From the IMG/VR virus record IMGVR_UViG_2061766007_001503: a stretch of 64,000 nt of DNA; one strand, given 5' to 3'. Source of the DNA: an uncultured virus (IMG/VR IMGVR_UViG_2061766007_001503). Taxonomy: Duplodnaviria > Heunggongvirae > Uroviricota > Caudoviricetes. Below are positions 19,154-30,560 of this stretch, piece after piece (position 1 is the first letter of the stretch; every line of letters begins with the position of its first letter). The translations under genes were made by a program, and so were the position numbers. The notes below the pieces were generated by a model. It did no database searches, was not told the DNA's origin, and was given only the letters and a program-made list of their open reading frames with translations.

Positions 19154-19286
19154 ATATTATTTCCTTCCTTTCGATAAAGTATTCGGTTCGCCTTATCATA
19201 TATGAAAAAAGGAAATTGAAAAATATATTAGATTGTCCAACTTTCTTTATCTTACATATATATTATAACAAAAATTTTTATAAAAA

Positions 19287-20021
19287 TCAATAGGGAGATA
19301 ATGGCGTAAGTGACAGCGATGTATATCTAGGAGTATACTTAAAATATTCAGCACTATCCGCATCTTGTAGCATCTTAGTCACTTGCCTGATTGTAGCGAA
19401 CATCCAATTTAAATGTAATAATTCAATATTAGTATGTTCATTTTCATAACCAATAGAAAGATTCNNNNNNNNNNNNNNNNNNNNNNNNNNNNAAATATCA
19501 GAAAAAGTCCCAAAATCTTCTTCAAAACCAAATTTCTCAACATACTTTACAAAATCTGGATTGTCTAGGCCATAGAAAACGCAATCCCGCTGGCCTTGAC
19601 GATCAAGCTGAATAATATATTTCAAATCAAAAGGAGCAGTTGAGTGTTTAATAACAAGCAGATTAGATCCAACACATCCTAACTCTTCATCTGTTGTAAA
19701 GATTATATGCGGGCGGTATCCGGCCTCAATGATCTGGATAATGGCAAATATACCAGCCCTATCATCTGCACCAAGCAACTGCGGAGACCACATTACCTGT
19801 TGTTCTTTGTCAAAATAAATATCATGCGGCGGCTCGGAGTTCACAGTGTCCATATGTGCGACTAACGCGATTGGAATGGTGCCTTCCGCCATAATAAAAA
19901 ATTCATCATTGTAAACTTTATCATATTTAGTCAGTAAATATTTATACAATATCCGCTTTAATTGTTGCTGAGGTTGATAGCATATATTTTTTAATAGTGT
20001 TATCTGTTGTTTCTTCTGCAT
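19287..20021 (-). CDS. M28/M20-family zinc peptidase-like protein
   Basis: LVAHMDTV, LGADDRAG, TDEELG, QLDR, EH metal-binding motifs. Confidence 0.75.
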   Translation of the reverse strand: MQKKQQITLLKNICYQPQQQLKRILYKYLLTKYDKVYNDEFFIMAEGTIPIALVAHMDTVNSEPPHDIYFDKEQQVMWSPQLLGADDRAGIFAIIQIIEAGYRPHIIFTTDEELGCVGSNLLVIKHSTAPFDLKYIIQLDRQGQRDCVFYGLDNPDFVKYVEKFGFEEDFGTFSDIXXXXXXXXXXNLSIGYENEHTNIELLHLNWMFATIRQVTKMLQDADSAEYFKYTPRYTSLSLTPLSPY

Positions 20022-20818
20022 TACTTCGTCTTCCTTTTGATCATATGCAAATCCTTTTCAGTTAATACATCACTCACATCTACAATGCGTTGACAAATGT
20101 GGCAATGACCATATGTGCATTTCTTTCTACACCCGATCCTTGATTGACCAAAAGAAGGAATTACAGTTGTATTATCAATATGCTCAAGACCAAGAATCAA
20201 GTCATCAAGATTTCCATTCCATCTTTCATCTTTATATATTTTATATAAAATATCCTGTTTTTCAAGATTGTCAACTTTAAATTCAATAACATCAATATAA
20301 TTCTTGTAAATATAAAGGTCATCTGGACGAACAAAGAAATCTGTGATAGGTCTAGGACCACCATCAGTACAGCTGTTCTGCGCAATATTCGCATATACTC
20401 TTATGCGGATCTCCGCCTTTTGACATACCGGCGCGATCTGTTCAAGGAAAAATCCTAATGAATTCCCAATATAAATGTCAGAAACTGGTTTAGAAATAAT
20501 ATAGCTAAATTCATCAAGGCTAGATACGACTTTATCAAAGAAGAATGGAATTTCTTCATTTATAAAGATAGAATAATCTTGATTATATGAGCATAAGATC
20601 GCTATATCACCTTTTGTCAATTTCGCAGCTTTAAAGATTTCTACATCATCATCAGAAATTTCTTCTAACTCAGTAATATCAATGATTACTCGCTGAAATG
20701 CGGGGACTTCTTTCACGAAATAAATCAATTCCGCAGAAGTTTCATTGTATTTAATTATAATTTCTTCAACCTTATTCATTTCAAGGCACTTTTTATAATA
20801 TCGAAAAGCGTATTTCAT
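20021..20818 (-). CDS. Hypothetical protein with Cys-rich C-terminus
   Basis: 265 aa; CRKKCTYGHCHIC. Confidence 0.7.
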   Translation of the reverse strand: MKYAFRYYKKCLEMNKVEEIIIKYNETSAELIYFVKEVPAFQRVIIDITELEEISDDDVEIFKAAKLTKGDIAILCSYNQDYSIFINEEIPFFFDKVVSSLDEFSYIISKPVSDIYIGNSLGFFLEQIAPVCQKAEIRIRVYANIAQNSCTDGGPRPITDFFVRPDDLYIYKNYIDVIEFKVDNLEKQDILYKIYKDERWNGNLDDLILGLEHIDNTTVIPSFGQSRIGCRKKCTYGHCHICQRIVDVSDVLTEKDLHMIKRKTK

Positions 20819-20920
20819 CTTAAAAAACCTCCATTCTTTTCTATATTATAACATAAAAATTAGGGATTGTCAAGTGACAATCCCTAACCAAAACTTTTAT
20901 AGTTTATAGATTACTCAGCG

Positions 20921-21319
20921 TCAGCAGCGTCTTCCTGGGGAATCCGATACACCACACNNNNNNNNNNNNNNNNNNNNNNNNNNNNNNNNNNNNNNNNNNN
21001 TAAGACGAGCGATGACCTTAGCACGAGTCACATCCCCGTAGCCCTCGACAGCCTGTACAGCCGCAGTGATCTCATCAGCGGTCTGCCAATCAGCAACCAG
21101 AGCAGCCTCGACCTCACCTCTCAGAGCATCGCCCTCAGCCTTCTTCGCAGCAGCACGCTCCTTAGCCTTCGCAGCCTTGCCATCGAGCAGAGCCAGCTCC
21201 TTGTCGATGAACTCCAGGACCTCGTCAGCGCTGTACTCGCCGACAGCCTCGACGCCCTCAACATAAGCGCGGATCGCATTGAAATAATCTCTCTTAGTAA
21301 CTTTCTTAGTGTTTGCCAT
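20921..21319 (-). CDS. Small coiled-coil/winged-helix-like protein, paralog family 1 (3' end uncertain)
   Basis: MANTKKVTKRDYFNAI similar to 32801..33160 and 37633..37968. Confidence 0.7.
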   Translation of the reverse strand: MANTKKVTKRDYFNAIRAYVEGVEAVGEYSADEVLEFIDKELALLDGKAAKAKERAAAKKAEGDALRGEVEAALVADWQTADEITAAVQAVEGYGDVTRAKVIARLXXXXXXXXXXXXXXXCGVSDSPGRRC

Positions 21320-21642
21320 AATTTTTTTCTCCTCTTGTTTTGTTGTTTGTTGTTTTTTTGTTATTTGTTTTCTTTACTTCTTACATCTTTATTATATCAT
21401 ATTTTTTTTGAAAAAGCAAATTAATTTTTTTATCATTTTCATTTGCCATTTCNNNNNNNNNNNNNNNNNNNNNNNNNNNNNNNNNNNNNNNNNNNNNNNN
21501 NNNNNNNNNNNNNNNNNNNNNNNNNNNNNNNNNNNNNNNNNNNNNNNNNNNNNNNNNNNNNNNNNNNNNNNNNNNNNNNNNNNNNNNNNNNNNNNNNNNN
21601 NNNNNNNNNNNNNNNNNNNNNNNNNNNNNNNNNNNNNNNNNN

Positions 21643-23358
21643 CAAATACCTGCGTGGTTGCCTTAATTTTTATACTATCTTCCCAATTATAATATGCGGG
21701 AATGTCAACATCTTCAAAAGTGATTCCGGCGGGAGGCGCCAAAACCAGATTATGTGCGCATTGCTCACAAGCACAAAGTCGAGCATAAGGATAACCATCA
21801 AGTGTTGTAGTTTTATCGGCCCAAATAGCTCTTATATCTCTAGAATGAGGATTTAATAAGTCAGGAACATCTCCTTGCGACCGAGGCTTCATTCTTACAA
21901 ATGGATACCAAATATAACTACCTACCCAGTGTGTTATCTCAAAAGGCTTTCCGCAATCAGGACAAGACCGAATAAATTTCTCCCAACATTCTCGACAAAA
22001 ATATTTTCCATTAAACATTGTGATATTTTCTTTTGCTACTGTACGATCACAATAAGAACAAGTTCTTTGCTGTGAACAATAAGGGCAGACCAAACTATTG
22101 GCGTGAAGGTACTCATCTTCATCGTCATCATAAAGATATTCATTATATTCAATAACCTGTTCTCCGCAACATAAGCATGGTGCTTTGCCAGAATATGTAA
22201 TAATGGTGTTTTTCTTAACTTTATTTCTTACACAAAAGTAACGAGTTCCCTCCTCCTGATCATGGTCATGGAACATATCATTATACATTCCTTTTGCATA
22301 AAAAATAATATTATGCTTTTTAGTGTTATTATATTCCCGCCACCGCTTGTTTTGATCCATGCGGTAATGGCTACCAATGTGATCCATATCATGATATTCT
22401 TCAATACCATAAGTGTAAGTCTGGTTCCAATTCTTCTTTGCGAGATCTCTAAGGATAGTTAAAATATCCTTAGTAATATCTTCATTCTTAATTGGATAAG
22501 ACTTACCGCTGGCAATGATTTCGGGGGTACAATAGAAAAGCTGCCTGTAACTTTTACTATTCCATTCCATTTCCCCATCAAATTTAAAGCGATGATCTGG
22601 ATTTTCAAGGTACGCACAGATAACATTATTAGAGTTCATCATTTCAACAGAACCAATTCTATAGCATCCTTTATCTACCCAAGACATACAAGATGACCAA
22701 CCATTAGCATTATCACTCATAGTTAAGAAATCCATTGGGTGAATGGAAAGACAAAGCTGACCGGAGAACTCTCTATCATTAAATGCCATAGAAATAGCAG
22801 TACAAAATTCATCAAACTGATGCATAATGTCAGGGTTTTCGTCTGTTAATTTGAAATATTCAATTACTTTGCGGATAACCTTCATAGGCTTCATNNNNNN
22901 NNNNNNNNNNNNNNNNNNNNNNNNNNNGAAATCGAAATTTCACTCCAAAATCAATTCTATTATTAAAATATACTGTATGCATAATTAATCTATCCAGTAT
23001 ATCATTAGGATACTGAATAGATGAATTTGCATAATCAGATACAAAAATCTTACTAAAATTTTGTCCACTGATGCGAGGATATAATTCTTTCCTAGCTTCG
23101 GCATCTTTTATTTTTTCCTTATCAGGCTCAAGAGCAAAAAATAGTTTTCTATAAAAAGCTGAACGAAAACTATTAAAAAATGATGTATCCCAAATTATTT
23201 CTTGCACCGCAGCCTTAATCTCATCTTCGCTTTTGTGGTACTTATAGGGCATTTTACAAATAAGTTGTCCACCAAGTAATCTGAACAGCTTCTTATTGCT
23301 CTCTGCCCAGTCATACAGATACTCATCTATACCGATGAAATCCTCGCCGACCCCGCCG
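21643..23358 (-). CDS. Large hypothetical protein with several CxxC motifs (pieces joined across N-gaps; ends uncertain)
   Basis: ORFs 22860..23252 and 21392..22894; LSIHPMDFLTMSDNANGWSSCMSW; CLCC, CPYC, CSYC, CREC, CPDC. Confidence 0.65.
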
Positions 23359-23432
23359 NNNNNNNNNNNNNNNNNNNNNNNNNNNNNNNNNNTTCCTATC
23401 TTCTTCTGTCAAATAGTCAAAAAGATTAAGCA

Positions 23433-23690
23433 TTATCTTCTCCCTCTATATTTCTGGCTCTCCCAAATAGCGGATACAGTATCTTCTATTCTGCGGCGGT
23501 CAGGTTCTGAGATCTCAGAGCCATCAATACCGAGCTGACGGAAGATCTGCATCTGCACTTCAAGAGTCGGAGCAAAACCCTGCTCAATAGCGGATTCGTA
23601 TAACTCGATAACATTATCCGCCACTTCTGAACTATTCATGATGTAACAATCAAAACCTGTACCAAGTCCGAACATTCCACCATCAAACAT
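23433..23690 (-). CDS. Hypothetical protein
   Basis: 85 aa; RBS AAGGAG; own promoter. Confidence 0.75.
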   Translation of the reverse strand: MFDGGMFGLGTGFDCYIMNSSEVADNVIELYESAIEQGFAPTLEVQMQIFRQLGIDGSEISEPDRRRIEDTVSAIWESQKYRGRR

Positions 23691-23802
23691 AACATTATAC
23701 TCCTTTATTTTTCTATAAATATTATATCATAATTTTTATAAAAAATCAAAAAAGTGCGGCGGGCCNNNNNNNNNNNNNNNNNNNNNNNNNNNNNNNNNNN
23801 NN

Positions 23803-23957
23803 TTCACCGTAGGAATAAAAAACTCACAATTCTTTGCATTGGGATCATAAAACAAGCTCACCGTGTAAATTCCCGGAGCGTGTTTCCTACCTCTCTCGCA
23901 CTCCTCTTTGTGAGGACACTCCTGACTTCCGCAAAGACAAATATCATACTCAAACAT
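23803..23957 (-). CDS. Small Cys-rich hypothetical protein (3' end in N-gap)
   Basis: MFEYDICLCGSQECPHKEECER. Confidence 0.65.
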
Positions 23958-23966
23958 ACTCTCTCC

Positions 23967-24464
23967 TTAATTATCAAAATAGTAAACAATGTAAGCATTA
24001 GCAGGGATCTGATTATCAACAAGATAACTAAAAAGCCATCTAGCATTGTCATAATCATTATAAAACTCAATAAAGTGCCAATCTTCGATGCGGGCATCTT
24101 CAGGAAGGGTATGATAAACATCTTCAGGCATGATGCATTTGTGTTCCCAGCACCACTTATCATAGGTAGTAACCCAACCTGCATCAATGTCAGGCTTATA
24201 AGTTCTATACCACTCGATATAATCACAAACCTTAATGCTGTGGAAACCAAAGTAAAATTTCTCACGAAGTTTCTCTACATCGAGGTCTTCAGACAGCTTC
24301 GCAGCAAAAGCAGGAATACCGCGCATAGCAGGAAGATAATTATATTCTTCATCTTCACCTTCACCCATCATATTATCAAACCAAGATCTATTTCTGCCGG
24401 GGAAGATATCCTCAGCAATAATCTTATTTTCATCAATTATATACATAGTAATGTCCATACCCAT
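23967..24464 (-). CDS. Hypothetical protein (MGMD...YYFDN type)
   Basis: 165 aa; RBS AGGAGG. Confidence 0.75.
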   Translation of the reverse strand: MGMDITMYIIDENKIIAEDIFPGRNRSWFDNMMGEGEDEEYNYLPAMRGIPAFAAKLSEDLDVEKLREKFYFGFHSIKVCDYIEWYRTYKPDIDAGWVTTYDKWCWEHKCIMPEDVYHTLPEDARIEDWHFIEFYNDYDNARWLFSYLVDNQIPANAYIVYYFDN

Positions 24465-24479
24465 ATCACATTCCTCCTA

Positions 24480-24695
24480 TTAGCTCAAATAATTTGTTTG
24501 ACTTTCAAAAATCTCAACCATTCTGTTGCATAGTTCGTCACACTGCTCTTCGGTAATCTTGCGCCACTTCCAGCACCAATCGATCCTGTCAGAAAGCCAA
24601 GACAGAGTGCGCGGATGAAACTGTCTATGCTCTTCATAAGACTTAATGGCTTGGTCAATTTCTCTATAATAATCCTCATTAGTGTATCTTTTCAT
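24480..24695 (-). CDS. Hypothetical protein
   Basis: 71 aa; RBS and promoter upstream. Confidence 0.75.
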   Translation of the reverse strand: MKRYTNEDYYREIDQAIKSYEEHRQFHPRTLSWLSDRIDWCWKWRKITEEQCDELCNRMVEIFESQTNYLS

Positions 24696-24784
24696 AATTC
24701 CTCTTCCCTTTTCATCTTACATATATATTATAACAAAAATTTTAATAAAAATCAAAGCAGGCATTATAGCCTGCTTTGAAGTTA

Positions 24785-24997
24785 TCATAAATGAGTATAG
24801 AGGAAATATATTGCAAATCCGAAGATATTAATGAGGAAGTAAACAACTGTGTCGTCCTCAAACCCGCACCGGCGAGAATCATTCATCTTCCAGAACCAAT
24901 AGTTCATATCGAATGTCTTATAGACATCTTTGAATGCGGGGATCCCGCACACCACTTCAAAAAGAAGAACAATTCCAATTAAAAATACCTTTCCCAT
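24785..24997 (-). CDS. Small membrane protein
   Basis: Two hydrophobic segments. Confidence 0.6.
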   Translation of the reverse strand: MGKVFLIGIVLLFEVVCGIPAFKDVYKTFDMNYWFWKMNDSRRCGFEDDTVVYFLINIFGFAIYFLYTHL

Positions 24998-25871
24998 TTA
25001 TTCAGCCTCCCGCAGCTTGCATCTAGTAAGGACAGTTACGCGCGCTCCATTCTCATATTTATCTTCAACAAGTTCCTTAATAGTACCATTGAGGTAAAGT
25101 TCGCTGCCAATTTCAAAAGGAATATTGACAGTAGTGAACCACTTCACGATGTCACCTGTCTCGGTTTCAAATCTAACGATCTGGCTAAAGCCATATCTGG
25201 TTTCAAAGCCGCGAACTGCGGTGAGCTTGACCTTGAGATTCTCGATCTTATCCTTAACTGCTCCGATGTACTCAGAGGGAGGTACAGGACGGGCCGCCGC
25301 GATCAGTCGCTCAACCTTCTCCTTTGCTCCAAGAATATAACCTCCTCTGCCGAACGCATTAAATTCAACAACATCGTTAAGATCCACCTTAACAACCTGA
25401 TCAGCGAAACCTTCAGGAACAGTAGCAGTATGCCAAAGAAGTGTATAATTAAAGCGGAAACCATTATCCTTCAGTTCTTCCTTTCTATCATAACTATCTG
25501 TGGGAAAGTAGACATAAGTGACGCCGTCCTCAGAGAAGCCATTATCCTCGATCCATTTCTTGCGGATATTAGCATATTCCCGCTTAATCTTCTCCTCTTG
25601 TTCAGCTATTTTCTTATCTTTTGCCTTCTCGTTTGCGGCTTCCATGCGCTCGAATTCNNNNNNNNNNNNNNNNNNNNNNNNNNNNNNNNNNNNNNNNNNN
25701 NNNNNNNNNNNNNNNNNNNGGGACAGGCTGACCATTTTCAATTCTGCACACAAAGACGCCATTTATGCATCTATCACACTTCGTGCGGGCGTGTACATAC
25801 ATCTTACCGCCTTTTTCAAAGGCTTTGCTTTCATCAAACTGATAATGTTGATAACTTTTAGCAACTTTCAT
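24998..25871 (-). CDS. Hypothetical protein with N-terminal CxxC and probable C-terminal OB-like domain (joined across N-gap)
   Basis: ORFs 25614..25871 and 24998..25762; SEYIGAVKDKI...VKWFT...VTVLTRCK. Confidence 0.6.
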
Positions 25872-26035
25872 AATTTATCCCTCACTTTCTATAAATATTA
25901 TATAATATTTTTTNNNNNNNNNNNNNNNNNNNNNNNNNNNNNNNNNNNNNNNNNNNNNNNNNNNNNNNNNNNNNNNNNNNNNNNNNNNNNNNNNNNNNNN
26001 NNNNNNNNNNNNNNNNNNNNNNNNNNNNNNNNNNN

Positions 26036-26467
26036 TTCAGAGAGCTTTCCAGTTTCTCTTACAAAATCACAGTAGTACTTGTAAAGACGGGTAAGCATAC
26101 TAATTGCTTCAGCAATGCCCGGAACCATCTGATACCACTCCCACATAGATTCGGAGTGTCTGTTCCAGTATTCTTCATCAAGGAACGGTTTAAGTACATC
26201 AAGAATGTTAGGAATATCTGCCATTCTGTAAACAATTTCCTGCTTTTCGAGATCATAATGATAACCGCCACCAGGGGTGTTCTCCTCGATGTTAGCATCT
26301 TCAATAAATGCATCACGAATGTTATGGCACTTCCGCCAATAAGCAATTTCATATGCATCTTCATACTCATCATAGTTATCTTTACTAAGATGCATTCCAA
26401 GAAAATACTTACCAAGATCACTTTTAGCTCGAAGTAAAATTCCGTTGTCAAGTCCCATTCTAATCAC
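26036..26467 (-). CDS. Hypothetical protein (MGLD...AYWRK type; 3' end in N-gap)
   Basis: ORF track; RBS GAGGTG. Confidence 0.7.
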
Positions 26468-26474
26468 CTCTTCC

Positions 26475-26675
26475 TTAATAACTCATAGCGAGTCCAATTT
26501 CATAATCTTCATGTAGATCCGCAGCGCTAACCAGATCCTTCATCAAATCCATATTAACAATAGTAGTAATACCACCATTGTCGGAAGGAATCCGCATACC
26601 AACATCAAGCATAGCCATAGATTTAAAGCAAGTCTTAACACCTACATCATCAATGCACCAATAAATGAAAGTCAT
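26475..26675 (-). CDS. Hypothetical protein
   Basis: 66 aa; RBS and promoter. Confidence 0.65.
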   Translation of the reverse strand: MTFIYWCIDDVGVKTCFKSMAMLDVGMRIPSDNGGITTIVNMDLMKDLVSAADLHEDYEIGLAMSY

Positions 26676-26759
26676 ATTAAATCCCTTCCTTTCTTTATCT
26701 TACATATATATTATAACAAAAATTTTATTAATTTTCAAGTCTGAGTTTCATAGGTTTTT

Positions 26760-27485
26760 TTAATCTCTCCACCCAGCCCAATCGATCAACACGGGGCGAC
26801 CATCGGTTGCCGCATAACCAACATTTCCGCTATGCATATCAGTGTATCTCTCATTCTTAGTGTACTCAAAGAACTCAATGGCTCTTTCTTCGCCATAGTA
26901 GTCGATAACGCTCATCGCCCAGGCTACAGGGAAGGTATTGATGTCCTTGCATCTGCTATCATATACACCCTCCGCATTAGGGGAATGTTTCACAAGGCTT
27001 CTTTCATTCTCGTCCTGAGAATAGCGAGCGCTCTCAAGAGAAACAGCCTTTTCCTGAGCGTAAAGAGGATAATCGTTAAATTTACCGAGGAAGCGGGTAT
27101 CCGCAAAGAACTCTGCGAAACCATCTTCTTCCGCCTGTTCGAACTTAGCAAGCTCATTCTCGCAGTAGTCCCAAACACTCCCGCATTCATCAAGATCATT
27201 AGCGTGAGTATATTCGCTCCAACAATCGTCCTCAAAATCATCGTTCTCATCGTAGGTAGCATACCACATTCCGCTGAAGGGGATCTTGATAACATAGTCC
27301 ATATCGTCATTCACGAGAACGCACTTGCTAGCTCCGGTATAGACACTGGCGCCCGCATTGCGAACCATTTCATAGACATTTTCATCATCATCTTCATAGG
27401 GGCCGAAGCACTCTGGCAGATCAAGCATTTCCGCCATGTACTTAAGACTTTCGATATTCTTTTCGAAAAGTTTATTATCTGCCAT
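26760..27485 (-). CDS. Protein-kinase-like fold protein
   Basis: GASKCV...YVIKIP...CENE...DMHSGNVG...PVLIDWAG (Gly-loop-like, beta3 Lys, alphaC Glu, catalytic loop, DxG-like). Confidence 0.65.
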   Translation of the reverse strand: MADNKLFEKNIESLKYMAEMLDLPECFGPYEDDDENVYEMVRNAGASVYTGASKCVLVNDDMDYVIKIPFSGMWYATYDENDDFEDDCWSEYTHANDLDECGSVWDYCENELAKFEQAEEDGFAEFFADTRFLGKFNDYPLYAQEKAVSLESARYSQDENERSLVKHSPNAEGVYDSRCKDINTFPVAWAMSVIDYYGEERAIEFFEYTKNERYTDMHSGNVGYAATDGRPVLIDWAGWRD

Positions 27486-27897
27486 AATTGCTCTCCNNNN
27501 NNNNNNNNNNNNNNNNNNNNNNNNNNNNNNNNNNNNNNNNNNNNNNNNNNNNNNNNNNNNNNNNNNNNNNNNNNNNNNNNNNNNNNNNNNNNNNNNNNNN
27601 NNNNNNNNNNNNNNNNNNNNNNNNNNNNNNNNNNNNNNNNNNNNNNNNNNNNNNATCCTCAACTACATAAATCGTAATGTAGTTTTCATTTTGATTGAGA
27701 TAAATGGCTTCACCATTTTCATTTACATGGAGGTACATGTCAGCGATCCACCAGGGAATATCGAAAGGNNNNNNNNNNNNNNNNNNNNNNNTCTTCTTCT
27801 CTGTCAATGTATGCATCCATTTGGACAATTTTTACATTACAAGCAAAATCCATATAAGGGATCAACTCTCTTAAAGTCATTTTATGATTTGCTTTTC

Positions 27898-28134
27898 TCA
27901 TTTTATTTTATTCTCCCTCACTTTTTCTACTTTGTTATTAATTAAATGAGTTTTNNNNNNNNNNNNNNNNNNNNNNNNNNNNNNNNNNNNNNNNNNNNGA
28001 TCATCTGCTAATGCTTTTACAGCCATTATTAGTGCTTCTTCCGTTTCATCATACTCCCAAATATGACTAACTTTATTCATTTTCATATTAAAGAGCATTT
28101 TTTCAATAATATTACTTGCTTGCTCTCTTGTCAT
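27898..28134 (-). CDS. Hypothetical protein (3' end uncertain)
   Basis: MTREQASNIIEKML...EALIMAVKAL resembles N-terminus of 28428..29024. Confidence 0.6.
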   Translation of the reverse strand: MTREQASNIIEKMLFNMKMNKVSHIWEYDETEEALIMAVKALADDXXXXXXXXXXXXXXXKTHLINNKVEKVRENKIK

Positions 28135-28424
28135 TATATATTTTCCTTCTCATAAGGCGCTTCCCACCATTTTCTGCGAAATGACATATCATCATATCCA
28201 ACCCATACAGTATGTGACATTTCATCTATACGAAAATTTGGAAATAATGCTTTTATTACATCTCCATTTGTTGCATTCTTAGGAATCCATCCATCACTCA
28301 TTTGTTTTTCAAGAACATCCATCAGATTAACCAAAAACTTACACACTTCCTGCTGTGTGCTAGTTCCGTTGTTGTCGCGCATTTCGATGATGGTTTCTTT
28401 TAATTCTTGCCATTGTTCTGTCAT
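28134..28424 (-). CDS. Hypothetical protein
   Basis: 96 aa, coupled to neighbours. Confidence 0.7.
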   Translation of the reverse strand: MTEQWQELKETIIEMRDNNGTSTQQEVCKFLVNLMDVLEKQMSDGWIPKNATNGDVIKALFPNFRIDEMSHTVWVGYDDMSFRRKWWEAPYEKENI

Positions 28425-28427
28425 TTC

Positions 28428-29024
28428 TTATCCTTTCATCTGCTCCAATACTTCTGTAATCTGTGAAAAGTGTTTGCCTGTTTTCTTATATGTAGATATT
28501 GAGGAATGACCAACAGCACCGCTTGGATATAGAACACACAGCTCATCACCATCATTTTGTGTGACATAGCCTCTATCTCCGAAAATGCTAATCACTTCAT
28601 CACCGACTTTAATTTCATCATCGGTGTCATCTTTTTCTATCATCTTTGCACCGCAGTTTCTGCAAAACTTATCTTTGCCAAATGCGGTTCCATCACCACC
28701 GCAACAAGAGCAGGTGCAAATCATTTTGGTAGCCGAGTTGGGAAACACCCAATACCCTATCTTCTGCTTCGGTGTGACGGAAGGTAATTCTTTCAACTCG
28801 CTGGTTATCTTAATAACATCACAGAAATGCACTCTATTTTTTGTCAGCACATCAATGACAGATTTTCTGCTGATAGCGTCCTCGCAAGGCTCTGCAAATA
28901 ATGCTTCGATTGCCATTAGTACAGCTTCTTCTACTTCATCTTGTGTTCCAATAGGAGTAATATTAGACATTCTTGATGCAAATAACATTGTATTTAATAT
29001 TCTAACTGCTTCTTCTTTTGTCAT
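28428..29024 (-). CDS. Mosaic hypothetical phage protein with zinc ribbon
   Basis: EPCEDAISRK...LPSVTP...CSCC...FCRNCGAKM. Confidence 0.7.
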   Translation of the reverse strand: MTKEEAVRILNTMLFASRMSNITPIGTQDEVEEAVLMAIEALFAEPCEDAISRKSVIDVLTKNRVHFCDVIKITSELKELPSVTPKQKIGYWVFPNSATKMICTCSCCGGDGTAFGKDKFCRNCGAKMIEKDDTDDEIKVGDEVISIFGDRGYVTQNDGDELCVLYPSGAVGHSSISTYKKTGKHFSQITEVLEQMKG

Positions 29025-29160
29025 AATTTCTTATCTCCTTTTACTTTTCTATAATAATTATAACAAAAATTTATATAAAAATCAATGTGGCGGCGATGGN
29101 NNNNNNNNNNNNNNNNNNNNNNNNNNNNNNNNNNNTAATATAAGAAAGGAAGGTGATAAA

Positions 29161-29463
29161 ATGAGTACAGTAATTTGTAAAATAAACTGCCCATATCAGA
29201 AAAGTGAATTTTGTACAAAAAACTTTGTGGTGATATGCGGGNNNNNNNNNNNNNNNNNNNNNNNNNNNNNNNNNNNNNNNNCGGACACGGAGATCTATTC
29301 TGACCCAAGTTATCACGGGGTAGAGGAAGAGATAGAGGAAACTGAACCTGAAGTAGCGAGTGAGCAAGCATCGCCGCATGAAAATTTAGATGGGGAAGCT
29401 GAGACGGAAACTGAGTCCGTTCCTTCGGAAAAGTCGGAAGATGACAAATCGAGAGAGGATTAA
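29161..29463 (+). CDS. Hypothetical protein, Cys-rich N-terminus and acidic C-terminus
   Basis: ATG at 29161 with RBS GAAGGTG. Confidence 0.6.
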   Translation: MSTVICKINCPYQKSEFCTKNFVVICGXXXXXXXXXXXXXXDTEIYSDPSYHGVEEEIEETEPEVASEQASPHENLDGEAETETESVPSEKSEDDKSRED

Positions 29464-29479
29464 TGATCTTCTCCCGTTT

Positions 29480-30560
29480 CGTTAATTTTTTGGATAGGCT
29501 TTTACAAGTTCTATGAAAAAGTGTTAAAAATTTGGATAAGCTTGTCTTTGNNNNNNNNNNNNNNNNNNNNNNNNNNNNNNNNNNNNNNNNNNNNNNNNNN
29601 NNNNNNNNNNNNNNNNNNNNNNNNNNNNNNNNNNNNNNNNNNNNNNNNNNNNNNNNNNNNNNNNNNNNNNNNNNNNNNNNNNNNNNNNNNNNNNNNNNNN
29701 NNNNNNNNNNNNNNNNNNNNNNNNNNNNNNTGTTAATTTTTTGGATAAGCTTGTCTTTTGTTAGGGGTTGGACAAAAATTTGTAAAGACTATAACAAAAA
29801 ATTGAAATACTTTTGTAGGGGTAACCTTAAATAAAAAAGAAGGAGTAATATTATGAGTAATCAAAGACAAGTACCTCAAACAAAAGAATATTTATCTAAT
29901 CCCTTGTATTGGGATATTGTATATGGATATATTCAAGTTAATTCTGAATGGGACGGTATTGAGGGGCATCCTCGTATTCTCCCAAAAAGAAAGGCGGTAT
30001 TTTCAAAAATTGGGGAGTATTTAGGGCTAAGCAGGCAAACAGTTTCAAAACATTTCCTGGATTTAGGGGAAGGGTCTACAAAAAATGGAACTGGATTAAA
30101 ACTCATTCGAAAATTAGAGAATGGTGATTATGAAGTAGAAATTTTGGATAAAAATGATGCTACTTTAATAAATGTTGATACATTAAGGGTATTGACTAGT
30201 GCAGTTAATGAACATACTATTTCAATTTATGTGTATTTATATAGTAGGTGGAAAGCTAATCAGGAAAAGGATTTTCAGTTTACTTATGAACAATTAAAGA
30301 AAGTTATTGGTATTGGATCAAATAGTACGAGTAATAACTATATTATACAGGATATATTAACGGTTTTGTATAAGATGGAGTTACTTGAATTTGAAACGGA
30401 TACTGATGTGTTGTCAGATTATGGCGGATATAGGACTNNNNNNNNNNNNNNNNNNNNNNNNNNNNNNNNNNNNNNNNNNNNNNNNNNNNNNNNNNNNGTT
30501 AGTAAATAAAAGTGTTAAAAATTTGGATAAGTTGATGGTGTGTTAAAAATTTGGATAAAG
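29480..30560 (+). repeat. Iteron-like direct repeats (GTGTTAAWWWTTTGGATAAG) flanking the HTH gene
   Basis: Copies near 29481, 29521, 29731, 30512, 30540; N-gap 29551-29730 lies between two copies. Confidence 0.6.
29853..30509 (+). CDS. HTH DNA-binding protein, candidate replication initiator
   Basis: FSKIGEYLGLSRQTVSKHF HTH; second wHTH-like segment IYVYLY...FTYEQLKKVIG. Confidence 0.55.
   Translation: MSNQRQVPQTKEYLSNPLYWDIVYGYIQVNSEWDGIEGHPRILPKRKAVFSKIGEYLGLSRQTVSKHFLDLGEGSTKNGTGLKLIRKLENGDYEVEILDKNDATLINVDTLRVLTSAVNEHTISIYVYLYSRWKANQEKDFQFTYEQLKKVIGIGSNSTSNNYIIQDILTVLYKMELLEFETDTDVLSDYGGYRTXXXXXXXXXXXXXXXXXXXXVSK

Noticed and set aside
23754..29463. Long plus-strand ORFs in the track (23754..24533, 26832..27677, 28585..29160 part)
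   Set aside because: Antisense shadows of RBS-led minus-strand genes, partly extended through N-runs.
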